Source of the DNA: an uncultured bacterium
GTDB lineage: Bacteria; Abyssobacteria; SURF-5
Assembly: GCA_964607485.1 (NCBI GenBank)
Contig: CAZSKP010000018.1
Span: 23,538-87,537, forward strand
Direction: 5' to 3'
DNA length: 64,000 nt
Positions 19,394 through 28,523 of the stretch are shown in pieces; the first letter of the stretch is position 1, and each line of letters begins with the position of its first letter. Made by a program: the position numbers and the translations under genes. Below the pieces are notes generated by a model. The model had not been told where the DNA came from. It did not search any database and worked only from the letters and a program-made list of their open reading frames with translations.

Positions 19394-20352
19394 GCCGTCT
19401 CCTCCTTGACAGAGCGAATGAAAAGATCTTCCAAGGACTCTTTCTTGGGCCTGACCTCTACTATCTCCGTCGAGCTTGTCTTCAGAATATCCAGTACGTC
19501 GTAGATTCCTTGCTGCGCGGGCAAGCGTATGCTTGTGAGCCCGGTGTCACCCTCTTCGACACTGCATTTCATCGACACGAGCTTGTTTCGAGTGTCCTCC
19601 GCGAGGGAGGACACGTCTATTTCGACTGCACGGTCTTGCAGCACTAGGTCGAGCAGTCTGCCGTGTTTTATCAGCCTGCCGCGGTTGATGATGCCTACCT
19701 TGTCGCAAATCATTTCGACCTCGCTCAGTTCGTGCGAGCAGACGAAGAGCGTCTTCCCGAGGTTCCTGAGCTTTATCATGAGGTCCCGTATCTCGCGTCG
19801 CGCAATCGGGTCGAGGCCCACGGTGGGCTCGTCGAGTATCAACAGCTTCGGGTCGCTCAGGACCGCCTGTGCCAATCCTATGCGCTGGCGCATTCCTTTT
19901 GAATAATGCTGGACGAGACGATTGGCGGCATAGTGCATTCCGACAAGCTCCAGCGCCTCGTCTATCCTTTTTTTCAAGTTGGAGCCGCGGAGGCCGTACA
20001 GCTTTCCGTAGAAAGCAAGCACCTCTTTGCCGGTGAGAAACTCATGGAAATAGGTGCCTTCGGGCAAATATCCGATCTCAGTTTTCAGCCTGCTGTTGGC
20101 CGTTTCGGGAGCGAACACACTGTTTGAGGTGAACCGCTTCCCGAACAGCTTGCATTCGCCCGATGTCGGAAAGAGTATCCCGAGCAGAATCTTTATGGTG
20201 GTCGTCTTTCCCGCTCCGTTCGGTCCCAAGAAACCGAATACCTCGCCCTCTTCCACGCTAAGGGCAAGATTGTCCACCGCAGTGACCGTTCGCAGTCCGA
20301 ACAATGAGCGAAAAACCTTGGTCAGATCGTTAATCTCAATAGCTGTTGCCAT
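19390..20352 (-). CDS. ABC transporter ATP-binding protein
   Basis: GPNGAGKTT, YSKGMRQR, LILDEP, H-loop SH. Confidence 0.97.
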   Translation of the reverse strand: MATAIEINDLTKVFRSLFGLRTVTAVDNLALSVEEGEVFGFLGPNGAGKTTTIKILLGILFPTSGECKLFGKRFTSNSVFAPETANSRLKTEIGYLPEGTYFHEFLTGKEVLAFYGKLYGLRGSNLKKRIDEALELVGMHYAANRLVQHYSKGMRQRIGLAQAVLSDPKLLILDEPTVGLDPIARREIRDLMIKLRNLGKTLFVCSHELSEVEMICDKVGIINRGRLIKHGRLLDLVLQDRAVEIDVSSLAEDTRNKLVSMKCSVEEGDTGLTSIRLPAQQGIYDVLDILKTSSTEIVEVRPKKESLEDLFIRSVKEETA

Positions 20353-20479
20353 AACCTACTCTTCCCCATTCAAGACATCTCATTGTATTGCGCTTGCCGC
20401 TGCTTTTCGGTAAGAAAACCACTCGCGAGACATCGAGAGTATCGGAGTGATAACCAGCGGGCCCGCTTCCGAAGAAATT

Positions 20480-20508
20480 ATTATACAGCCTGAACAGCCG
20501 GCAGTCAA
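20480..20508 (-). promoter_or_regulatory. sigma70-type promoter of ABC operon
   Basis: TTGACT-N17-TATAAT. Confidence 0.75.
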
Positions 20509-20649
20509 GCAACTCGCGTGCGGCCTTTTATGCCGGGTTGCGTTCATAGACTCCTGGGCCTTGTCATTGCGAGAAACCGACGCCGCTGTGCAGGATTATC
20601 TGAAAATGGAGCATCCGATTCTCTCTGCCGTTCATGAAATCCCGCTTGC

Positions 20650-21150
20650 GCGACAATGATCAGGTGAGCACGGGAACGACAGAGTGAACATGGCAATGAG
20701 AGAGAAGGAGTGGCAATGCCGCCGGTCGGTCGCGGGCGAGGCCGCAGTGGGAAGAGGTGGCCGCGCAGTGTTGTTCACTGCATGAGGAGGATGTCGATGC
20801 AAGGGTTTGTTGCGCCCCTGACGAACCTCCCAGGCGCTGGGTCGAGTGTCACGGCCGAGGCCACACTGCGCTTGACGAATTGGGGGCTTTCGTCGGCGCC
20901 TGGGTGAGGCGTTCGGTTGTTCGTCGTTCTGCTTCAGCCTTGCTCTGACTGCCCTGTTGGAGGGGCGCAACGAATTCCTTGCACTATCTGCTCGTCCTCA
21001 TCAGGCTACTTGTAGGGGTGACACGAATATGCTCTGTTTCGCGGTCAGGATGGTATCTACCAACATGGGCAGGTCCACAAGGTAAATCATGTCATCCTTC
21101 CAGATATCCTCCTGTTGTTTGGTGATGCTGCTCCTGTCAAGGGCGGTCGC
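20650..21150 (+). ncRNA. Candidate large structured non-coding RNA, family unidentified
   Basis: Several nested long imperfect inverted repeats whose mismatches are G-U pairs on the plus strand; no convincing ORF. Confidence 0.5.
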
Positions 21151-21569
21151 TACTCTTCGCCGCCCGAGGATTTCGCTCTTTCGGCGTCTTGGTTCGGTTC
21201 GCTCTGAGCCTCTATTTGCCTGATAACTCGCTTCAGCTCGTCGTATTTTATCGGCTTGTAAAGACACATCGTCCCCTCGAGGCTCGATTGGTCGAGATAC
21301 TGATTTACATCTCCCAGCGCGGTAGTCAGGATGACGGGCGTGCGCGGCTTGAGACTCTTTATCCTGTTCAGCAGGTTGATGCAGGCGCTGTGCAGAAGGA
21401 ACAGGTCGGTGATAATGAAGTCGAATGTCCACCGGCTCAGCCGGTTCATGGCCTGTTCCTCGTTCGAAGCCACCACTACATCATATCCGTCCTCTCGCAG
21501 GATTTTCGCCAGAGCCACGAGCGCGTTGCGCTCGTCATCCACGACGAGGACCCTTTTCGACGATGACAA
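21150..21569 (-). CDS. Single-domain response regulator
   Basis: VLVVDDE, IITDL, ILTT, KP; probable TTG start at 21569 after AAAGGAG. Confidence 0.9.
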   Translation of the reverse strand: MSSSKRVLVVDDERNALVALAKILREDGYDVVVASNEEQAMNRLSRWTFDFIITDLFLLHSACINLLNRIKSLKPRTPVILTTALGDVNQYLDQSSLEGTMCLYKPIKYDELKRVIRQIEAQSEPNQDAERAKSSGGEE

Positions 21570-21642
21570 CTCTGCTCCTTTTTCGATGAATTGGGAATTT
21601 GCCGCTGTATCTGATTGACAACAATCCGTTCTTTTCGGACAG

Positions 21643-21658
21643 AGCATTTAAAATGCCA
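21643..21658 (-). promoter_or_regulatory. sigma54 (-24/-12) promoter
   Basis: TGGCAT-TTTAAA-TGCT with exact GG/GC spacing upstream of the response regulator; near-palindrome ATGCAAATTTTGCAT at 21832-21846 is a possible enhancer site. Confidence 0.65.
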
Positions 21659-22078
21659 ACTATCGAAGTGTTTCGGCAATCGGGAGACCTTATCTACGTA
21701 ATCCTCAGTATTCCAAATATTTATGTACATAACTGAAACCCCTGAAGAGCGGTGTTCTGCTCGCATGACGAGTTCTTCCGAGCGAGTCGCCGCGAAATAT
21801 TTGCATCATTTGTTTTATCATACCAAAACCCATGCAAATTTTGCATAGACACTCCATTTGTTTCGTCGCGGAGCATATGAATGAGAGCTAGGAATTGGCG
21901 TTTTTTTGGTGAAGTCAGAATTTCCTCAACGATCCCCATCGCGGCTCCTGAAAAAGTGTCTGTCCCATTTTTCCGGCGGAACCATCTGCGCGCCACACCC
22001 ACAGTAATCTCGGCAAAGGTGAAGCCGGAATATGAGAGACGCCCCCGGGTCATGGCAGGGTTTGTCGGGAAAAACAAC

Positions 22079-22108
22079 TTGCAAGACGATACTGCTAAAA
22101 GGTATAAT
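22079..22108 (+). promoter_or_regulatory. sigma70-type promoter of nfeD operon
   Basis: TTGCAA-N18-TATAAT. Confidence 0.55.
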
Positions 22109-22176
22109 TCAAGTAACTCACGCATGATATGTCGATTCGCTGCCTGCACATCGCCGGCCGAGCCTGGTGAAGGAAT

Positions 22177-23748
22177 TTGAGATTAATGTCACGGTCCCTA
22201 TGTTGCAGCAGTACTACATCTGATCCAGGTAAAGCATCCCGGCGTAAGAGCCGCTCCCGAGCACTGCTTCGATATTTAAGCCTCGTCCCTGTTCTCATTT
22301 TGGCATTGATTTTCCTGAGCATTGGCCTCGACCTATCCCCCGTCTCCACCGACGCGGCCGACGCCGGTCAGAACAGCACACTGGTGATTCCCATCCACGA
22401 TGTCATCGACCGTGGCCTGGCCTTCTTCGTCAAACGGTCGCTGGAGGGAGCCGAACGCGATGGGGCCGACTCCATAATCGTCGAACTGAACACGCTTGGC
22501 GGGCGCGTCGACGCCGCGCTGGAGATACGCGATGCCCTCGAAGCGAGCAAGATTCCCATAACCGCTTACGTGAACAAACGCGCGATATCCGCGGGCGCTC
22601 TCATCTGTCTGGCCACCAAGAGCATCGCGATGGCGCCCGGGAGCACCATCGGCGCGGCTACGCCTATCAGCATCGGCCCCGTGGGAGAAGCGCACCAGTT
22701 GAGCGAGAAGGAGGTCTCATATGTCAGGGGCGAGTTCCGCGCCACCGCCGAGAGAAACGGGCATTCACCGGTGTTGGCCGAGGCCATGGTCGACCCCGAC
22801 ACGGAGGCGCTCGTGGTCCTGGGTGGGAACGCGCCAAGAGTAGTGTCGGCGTCGGAAGCGGATAAGCTTCGGAAGCAGGACGAAGGAATCGACTTGGAGG
22901 TCGTCTCTCCCAAAGGGAAGCTGCTCACGATGACGGCCGCCGAGGCCGTGAAGGTCGGTTTGGCCGGCTCCATGCCTGCCTCGTCGGACAACCTCGTGCG
23001 TTCGCTCGGCCGCAACCCCTCAAACGTACGTGTGGCGAAAATATCATGGTCCGAAAACTTCGTGCGCTTCCTGACGCATCCCATCGTCTCCGGGCTCCTG
23101 TTGACGCTCGGAGTGCTCGGCATCTTTTTCGAGCTGCAGATGCCCGGCTGGGGACTAAGCGGCACGTTGGGCGCTCTGTTTCTGCTTCTCTTTTTCGGCG
23201 GCCACTACCTTGCGGGCCTCGCCAGCTTCGCCGACGTGCTTCTGTTTGCAATAGGTCTCGCGCTGTTGGCGCTGGAGTTGTTCGTTGTGCCCGGGTTCGG
23301 AATCACCGGCATCTCGGGATTTCTCTTCATACTGGCGGGCATCTACCTGGCGCTTGTGAAAAGGCCGATACCGGAATTCTCGTGGGACTATCAACTGCTC
23401 AACAACGCTCTGGGCACGTTCATCTTCTTCGCGGTTGCCGTCACAATCGGCGTCGTTGTCATCTGGAAGCTTTTTCCGGAGTCGAGGCTGAAAAGGCTGA
23501 TGGTGCTCTCAACGAGCGAAGACGCGAGGCTCGGCTACACCGCCTCGGAGAATCTCGAAGCGCTCGTCGGGCGGCCCGGCAGAAGCCTGACCCACCTCAG
23601 ACCCGCCGGCCGCGCGGTCGTCGCGGGCGAACCCATCGAGGTGCAGACGGAAGGAGACTTCATCGAGAAGGATAGGCCTCTTAGAATAGTGAAGGTTGTC
23701 GGGAATAAGGTGTTCGTGGCCGAAGAAAGGAACGTGAATGAAGGATAA
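22177..23748 (+). CDS. nfeD: Long NfeD-family membrane-bound serine protease (ClpP-class, TM, OB-fold)
   Basis: NTLGG, AISAGA (Ser), [20 protein letters not shown]; start uncertain. Confidence 0.9.
   Translation: MRLMSRSLCCSSTTSDPGKASRRKSRSRALLRYLSLVPVLILALIFLSIGLDLSPVSTDAADAGQNSTLVIPIHDVIDRGLAFFVKRSLEGAERDGADSIIVELNTLGGRVDAALEIRDALEASKIPITAYVNKRAISAGALICLATKSIAMAPGSTIGAATPISIGPVGEAHQLSEKEVSYVRGEFRATAERNGHSPVLAEAMVDPDTEALVVLGGNAPRVVSASEADKLRKQDEGIDLEVVSPKGKLLTMTAAEAVKVGLAGSMPASSDNLVRSLGRNPSNVRVAKISWSENFVRFLTHPIVSGLLLTLGVLGIFFELQMPGWGLSGTLGALFLLLFFGGHYLAGLASFADVLLFAIGLALLALELFVVPGFGITGISGFLFILAGIYLALVKRPIPEFSWDYQLLNNALGTFIFFAVAVTIGVVVIWKLFPESRLKRLMVLSTSEDARLGYTASENLEALVGRPGRSLTHLRPAGRAVVAGEPIEVQTEGDFIEKDRPLRIVKVVGNKVFVAEERNVNEG
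23641..23724 (+). repeat. 84-bp imperfect direct repeat, copy 1 (3' end of nfeD)
   Basis: Aligns codon by codon with 25739-25822. Confidence 0.9.
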
Positions 23749-23761
23749 AGAGGGAGGAGCG

Positions 23762-25702
23762 ATGAAGGTTCAGAGATATTCATTCATGTTTGTGTGTTTC
23801 ATCGTTTTCACCATGTTGTTGCCGGGAACGACTGTCTCTGCCGCTCCTATCATTCGACTGGAAAAGGACGTGCCCCAGAGTCAGGTCTCGCCCGTGCCCA
23901 CAAACGTCACGTTCGACCTGTATGATTCACCGACATCGACCACCATGGTGGCGACGCAAACCTTTGCCAGGGGGGAGTGGTGGGCCGACTATGGTTTCAA
24001 CCGTTTCTCGACCGCTTCCAGCCCCATAGTCAGGTTCAAGGCCGACTTCACGAATACCTCGGGCCTGACCGGCGCCGTGGACCTGTGGATGGAGATCAGG
24101 CTGGATGGCGTGGTGAAGGGACAGCGAGAGCAGGTGAAGAAGGAATGCTGGGCATTGTATTCTGAGGAAGCGCTTGACGCGGTGCACGCGGAGAATACCG
24201 ACTTCGCGGCCGACGCGGATATGCTCGACGGGATGGACTCGTCGGAGTTTGTTACCGGTGCGCACACTCATGACGGCTCGGATATCGCAACCGGAACCGT
24301 GGCCGACGCGCGCATCGCCTCGACCATCGCCCGCGACACCGAAATCATGCCGACGGTGTTGGCGGGTGACGGCTCCGGCTCCGGCCTGGACGCAGACAGG
24401 CTGGACGGACTGACTTCCACCGATTTCAGCGCCGCCGCCCATTCCCACAGCGGGGCCGACATCACGAGCGGAACCGTGGCCGACGCGCGCATTGCCTCCA
24501 CCATCGCCCGCGACACCGAGATCATGCCGACGGTGTTGGCGGCCGACGGACCCGGCTCCGGACTGAACGCAGACACGGTTGACGGCGCGCACGCTTCCGG
24601 GTTCGTGACACAGGCGGAGTACGACGCGCTGCTCGCGCGGGTGGAGGCGCTGGAGGCGAAGCTCCAATACATGACTGTCCAGTCCGGCGTAATAAACGGC
24701 CTGGCCGGCCCGCACGTCATCTTCACCGGCGCCAACGTCCACATCCGCAGCGGCTCAGGCACGACGGACGACGGAGGCTCTCTCACCGGGCGGGGCAACC
24801 TCATCATCGGGTACAACGAATATCTCGCCGTGCCCGTGGTCGGCCGGGGCGGTTCCCACAATCTGATAATAGGACGCACGCACGAGTATTCAAGCTACGG
24901 AGGGCTTGTGGCGGGACGGGGGAACACCATCAGCGGCGCTTATGCAACCGTCACCGGCGGCTACGGCAACACCGCGAGCAACACGTATGCGAGCGTGAGC
25001 GGCGGCCAGGGCGGCACAGCATCCGCCTACGCCGCGAGCGTGAGCGGCGGAAAGGATAACGTGGCCGGCGGTCAGTATGCGAGCGTCAGCGGTGGTGTCG
25101 CAAACGCGGCCGGCGGCAATTACTCGAGCGTGAGCGGCGGGTACGACAACGACGCGACTTATCTGTATTCGAGCGTAAGCGGCGGTACCGCAAACACCGC
25201 CAGCGGCCAATATGCAAACGTCAGCGGCGGCGAAAGCAACGAGGCTTCAAACTATGCGGCGAGCGTGAGCGGCGGCGTCGGAAACACCGCCACCGGACAA
25301 TATGCGAGCATCAGCGGCGGGAGCGTAAACATCGCCAGCGGCGACAATTCAAGCGTGAGCGGCGGCGCAGAAAACGAGGCCGCCGGCGAGTCCGCAAGCG
25401 TGACCGGCGGCGACATCAACGCGGCCAACAGCTCCTATTCGAGCGTGACCGGCGGCCGGTACAACACGGCCAACGGCTTCGTCTCAAGCGTGACCGGCGG
25501 CTACGACAATGACACCATCGGATATTATTCGAGCATCAGCGGCGGCACGCTAAACGAGACCAGCGCCTACTTTGCGAGCGTGAGCGGTGGCGAAAGCAAC
25601 GATGCCAGCGGCGAAGCGGCGAGCGTGAGCGGCGGCCTCGGCGTCACGGCCAGCGGCCTGCATGACTGGCGTGGAGGCTCCTGCGCGTTCTGCGACAACT
25701 GA
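23762..25702 (+). CDS. Secreted repeat-rich fibre/adhesin-like protein
   Basis: Signal peptide; two 59-aa repeats with DAD-x-LDG motifs; short coiled coil; about 18 14-aa SVSGGxxNxASGxY repeats; ends CAFCDN. Confidence 0.75.
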   Translation: MKVQRYSFMFVCFIVFTMLLPGTTVSAAPIIRLEKDVPQSQVSPVPTNVTFDLYDSPTSTTMVATQTFARGEWWADYGFNRFSTASSPIVRFKADFTNTSGLTGAVDLWMEIRLDGVVKGQREQVKKECWALYSEEALDAVHAENTDFAADADMLDGMDSSEFVTGAHTHDGSDIATGTVADARIASTIARDTEIMPTVLAGDGSGSGLDADRLDGLTSTDFSAAAHSHSGADITSGTVADARIASTIARDTEIMPTVLAADGPGSGLNADTVDGAHASGFVTQAEYDALLARVEALEAKLQYMTVQSGVINGLAGPHVIFTGANVHIRSGSGTTDDGGSLTGRGNLIIGYNEYLAVPVVGRGGSHNLIIGRTHEYSSYGGLVAGRGNTISGAYATVTGGYGNTASNTYASVSGGQGGTASAYAASVSGGKDNVAGGQYASVSGGVANAAGGNYSSVSGGYDNDATYLYSSVSGGTANTASGQYANVSGGESNEASNYAASVSGGVGNTATGQYASISGGSVNIASGDNSSVSGGAENEAAGESASVTGGDINAANSSYSSVTGGRYNTANGFVSSVTGGYDNDTIGYYSSISGGTLNETSAYFASVSGGESNDASGEAASVSGGLGVTASGLHDWRGGSCAFCDN

Positions 25703-25738
25703 GCGCGGAAACCGCGGCCTTTCGCTCCCGGTCGGTCG

Positions 25739-25822
25739 TTGCGGACCGATGAAGAATCTATCGAGAAGGGTAGGCCTCTTAGAATAGTGAGGGTCGTCGG
25801 AAACAAGGTGTTCGTGGCAGAA
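25739..25822 (+). repeat. 84-bp imperfect direct repeat, copy 2 (nfeD 3' remnant)
   Basis: Translates IEKGRPLRIVRVVGNKVFVAE versus IEKDRPLRIVKVVGNKVFVAE in nfeD. Confidence 0.9.
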
Positions 25823-25844
25823 CTGGAGAAAGACGAGGCAGGTG

Positions 25845-26255
25845 ATGAGCGGAGGACTCGAAGAAAAGAAGACGCTTCTTTCCATGGCGCGTGTGTTCCG
25901 TAACGACATACAGGATATCCAGCAGAGAGGCGCGGGCTACTACTCGTGCAGCCCGTTCGTGAGCCGTTACAACAAACTCCTGGCAAAGGCGAAGGAGCTT
26001 TTCGCCGACGACCAGACCGTCCTCCTGGATTCGTTCGACGAAGTGGAGGACACCAAGTCGGTCGATCCCGCCGACAAGATGAAGGTGACGCAGCGCGTGC
26101 TCATCGAGCTGGGACAGCTCATTGCATTCATGGAATCGATAATCGCACAGGAGGAGGGAAGGCGGCCGAAACAGGTCGAACCGCTTTCCGCAAGAGGAAC
26201 CTCTGAGGCGGCGCCGGCCGGGGAAGACCCCGCCGGAACGGAACAGGAGGATTGA
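25845..26255 (+). CDS. Hypothetical protein
   Basis: In-operon ORF with RBS-like GAGG and normal codon usage. Confidence 0.7.
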   Translation: MSGGLEEKKTLLSMARVFRNDIQDIQQRGAGYYSCSPFVSRYNKLLAKAKELFADDQTVLLDSFDEVEDTKSVDPADKMKVTQRVLIELGQLIAFMESIIAQEEGRRPKQVEPLSARGTSEAAPAGEDPAGTEQED

Positions 26256-26258
26256 GGC

Positions 26259-26735
26259 ATGGTCGTTCTGTTGCTGTTTGTTGTCGCGGTTATCTTCATC
26301 TGTATCGAGTTGTTTTTGCCCGGCGGTGTGTTCGGGGTGCTGGCGGTCATCGCCCTCATCGGCAGCGCCGTGCTCGCGTTCCGTGAATACGAAGAGATGG
26401 CGTTCTGGATCGTCGCCGGCGAGATGATAGCGGCCACGGTGTTGGTACTGGTTGCGATAAAGAGGTTCCCTCACAGCCACGCGGGCAAACTGCTCATACT
26501 CGGGCGCAATCTCGACAGGAAGCTCGGCTACAGCGGCACCGAGTCGCTGGATGAATACGTCGGCCAGGAGGGCGAGAGCCTCACTCATCTTCGCCCGGCA
26601 GGTATCGCGAAGATGGGCGCGAGACGGCTGGACGTGGTATCAGAGGGAACGTTCATCGACAAGGGCAAGAGGGTGAAAGTCGTGGCGGTCGAGGGCAATC
26701 GAGTCGTCGTCAGGGAGACGGAAACCACGACCTAA
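26259..26735 (+). CDS. Short NfeD-like protein (TM + OB-fold)
   Basis: [34 protein letters not shown]. Confidence 0.9.
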   Translation: MVVLLLFVVAVIFICIELFLPGGVFGVLAVIALIGSAVLAFREYEEMAFWIVAGEMIAATVLVLVAIKRFPHSHAGKLLILGRNLDRKLGYSGTESLDEYVGQEGESLTHLRPAGIAKMGARRLDVVSEGTFIDKGKRVKVVAVEGNRVVVRETETTT

Positions 26736-26752
26736 GAAAAGGAGGATGGCTA

Positions 26753-27754
26753 ATGAAGGTAGGGGTACTGTTAAGCCTCATCATCGTCGGCATCATTCTG
26801 GCGGTCATCGCCGTGCTGGCGCGGTTCTTCGGGTTGTGGCTGCGGGCGGTGCTTTCCGACGCGCACGTCAGCTTCGCGAGCCTCATCGGCATGAGCCTCC
26901 GGAAGGTAAGCCCGAGCGTGATTGTAAATACGCGCATCATGGCGATAAAGGCCGGATTGAACGTGAGCACCAACGACCTTGAAGCCCACTACCTCGCCCA
27001 CGGCAACGTCGTCCGCGTGGTCCAGGCGCTTATCGCGGCAAACAAGGCCAACATCCCCCTCACCTTCGCCCGCGCCGCCGCCATCGACCTTGCCGGCCGC
27101 GACGTGCTCGAGGCGGTGCAGACCAGCGTCAACCCGAAGGTCATCGACGCGCCCGACCCGCGCAAGGGCAAAGACACCGTTGACGCCGTCGCCATGGACG
27201 GCATACAGCTCAAGGCGAAAGCGCGGGTGACGGTGCGCGCGAACCTCGACAGACTCGTCGGCGGCGCCACGGAGGAAACCATCATCGCGCGTGTCGGAGA
27301 GGGAATCGTGACCACCATCGGCTCGGCCGAGACCCACAAGAAAGTGCTCGAGAACCCCGATATGATCTCGCGACAGGTGCTGGCGAAAGGACTCGATTCC
27401 GGCACCGCCTTCGAGATTCTTTCCATCGACATCGCCGATGTGGACGTCGGCGAGAACATCGGCGCGCAGCTTCAGGCCAAACAGGCCGACGCCGACAAGC
27501 AGATAGCGCAGGCCAAGGCCGAGGAGCGCCGCGCGATGGCCTTCGCGAGGGAGCAGGAGATGCGGGCGCAGGTGGTCGAGATGCGCGCCAAGGTCGTCGA
27601 GGCCGAGGCCGAAGTTCCCCGCGCCATGGCAGAGGCATTCCGCAGCGGCAACCTCGGCATCATGGATTATTACCGGTTCCGCAACATCCAGTCCGACACG
27701 TCGATGAGGCAGTCGATCTCCGACATGGGCCAGCACGGAAAAAAAGAAGAGTGA
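26753..27754 (+). CDS. floA: Flotillin-like protein FloA (YqfA)
   Basis: [46 protein letters not shown]. Confidence 0.96.
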   Translation: MKVGVLLSLIIVGIILAVIAVLARFFGLWLRAVLSDAHVSFASLIGMSLRKVSPSVIVNTRIMAIKAGLNVSTNDLEAHYLAHGNVVRVVQALIAANKANIPLTFARAAAIDLAGRDVLEAVQTSVNPKVIDAPDPRKGKDTVDAVAMDGIQLKAKARVTVRANLDRLVGGATEETIIARVGEGIVTTIGSAETHKKVLENPDMISRQVLAKGLDSGTAFEILSIDIADVDVGENIGAQLQAKQADADKQIAQAKAEERRAMAFAREQEMRAQVVEMRAKVVEAEAEVPRAMAEAFRSGNLGIMDYYRFRNIQSDTSMRQSISDMGQHGKKEE

Positions 27755-27755
27755 C

Positions 27756-28466
27756 ATGAACAAGTTAATCATCACACTTGTCATCATCTGGATTTTCTGG
27801 AGGGTATTCAAGTCGGTCATCGAGGAACTTCAGAAGCGCCTGGAACGGCGCATGGGCGGAGAAGAGGAAAAGATGTTTCCTGACGCCGCCCGACGCTCGC
27901 CGACCGTGCCACGCCGACCGGTGTCGGCGGCCTCGAGCCGTCAACCGAACAAATGGCAGCCAGGCCAGCCGGTCCCCGGGAAGCAAGAAGACGAGCTGGA
28001 GAAGTGGTACCGAGAGGCGCTCGAGCGGAAGCGGCAATTGAGCGAGGCCGCGGCGCCGCCTCCGCCGCCCGCTGGGGAGCGCATGCCCCTCCAACCCGCG
28101 CGACCGCGACCGGCGCAACCGCGACCGACACAATCGCGAGTGCTCCAGCCCCATCCACCGCAACGGCGCGTGGAAGCGCGTGTCGAGCACCGTCGTCAAG
28201 TGCATGTGGAGCGAAGGCGGGTTGCGCATCCGCGCGAACCGGTCGCGCATGAGCCCGCGAGAAGACACCGGGAGGCGCCCGCCGCTACGCCGAAGCCGCA
28301 TGAGTTCATGAGAATGCCCAAACGCGAGACCCGGCAGAGACGCGGCCTGGCAGAACTCGTCGGGGCGGGCGAATGGGACATGAATGACATACGCAGAGGC
28401 ATAATCATCGCCGAACTCCTCGGATCCCCGAAGGCGCTCGGCGACATCGATTCGCACGTGATATAG
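27756..28466 (+). CDS. Membrane-anchored Pro/Arg-rich protein (YqfB-like position)
   Basis: N-terminal TM, disordered middle, C-terminal RRGIIIAELLGSPKA; directly after floA. Confidence 0.7.
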   Translation: MNKLIITLVIIWIFWRVFKSVIEELQKRLERRMGGEEEKMFPDAARRSPTVPRRPVSAASSRQPNKWQPGQPVPGKQEDELEKWYREALERKRQLSEAAAPPPPPAGERMPLQPARPRPAQPRPTQSRVLQPHPPQRRVEARVEHRRQVHVERRRVAHPREPVAHEPARRHREAPAATPKPHEFMRMPKRETRQRRGLAELVGAGEWDMNDIRRGIIIAELLGSPKALGDIDSHVI

Positions 28467-28523
28467 TTGGCCAGTCTGCGGGGTTGGCCGTCATGCCCGC
28501 GCGGTTTGAAGAGGGGGTGAGTC

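Noticed and set aside
20632-20970. Short ORFs (112, 65 and 63 aa) in the structured region
   Set aside because: No recognisable motifs or typical codon bias; base pairing explains the sequence better
20650-21150. RNase P, tmRNA, SRP, cobalamin riboswitch or retron identity for the structured region
   Set aside because: Signature sequences not found on either strand, and no reverse transcriptase in the window
21721-22180. 142-aa and 99-aa ORFs in the divergent spacer
   Set aside because: AT-rich regulatory DNA with promoter motifs; translations look random
24900-25660. 42-bp periodic GAGCGTGAGCGGCGG repeats as a CRISPR array or DGR
   Set aside because: In-frame coding repeats of 14 aa; no cas or reverse transcriptase genes
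23641-25822. Prophage or integrative element
   Set aside because: Only one cargo gene; no integrase or phage structural genes
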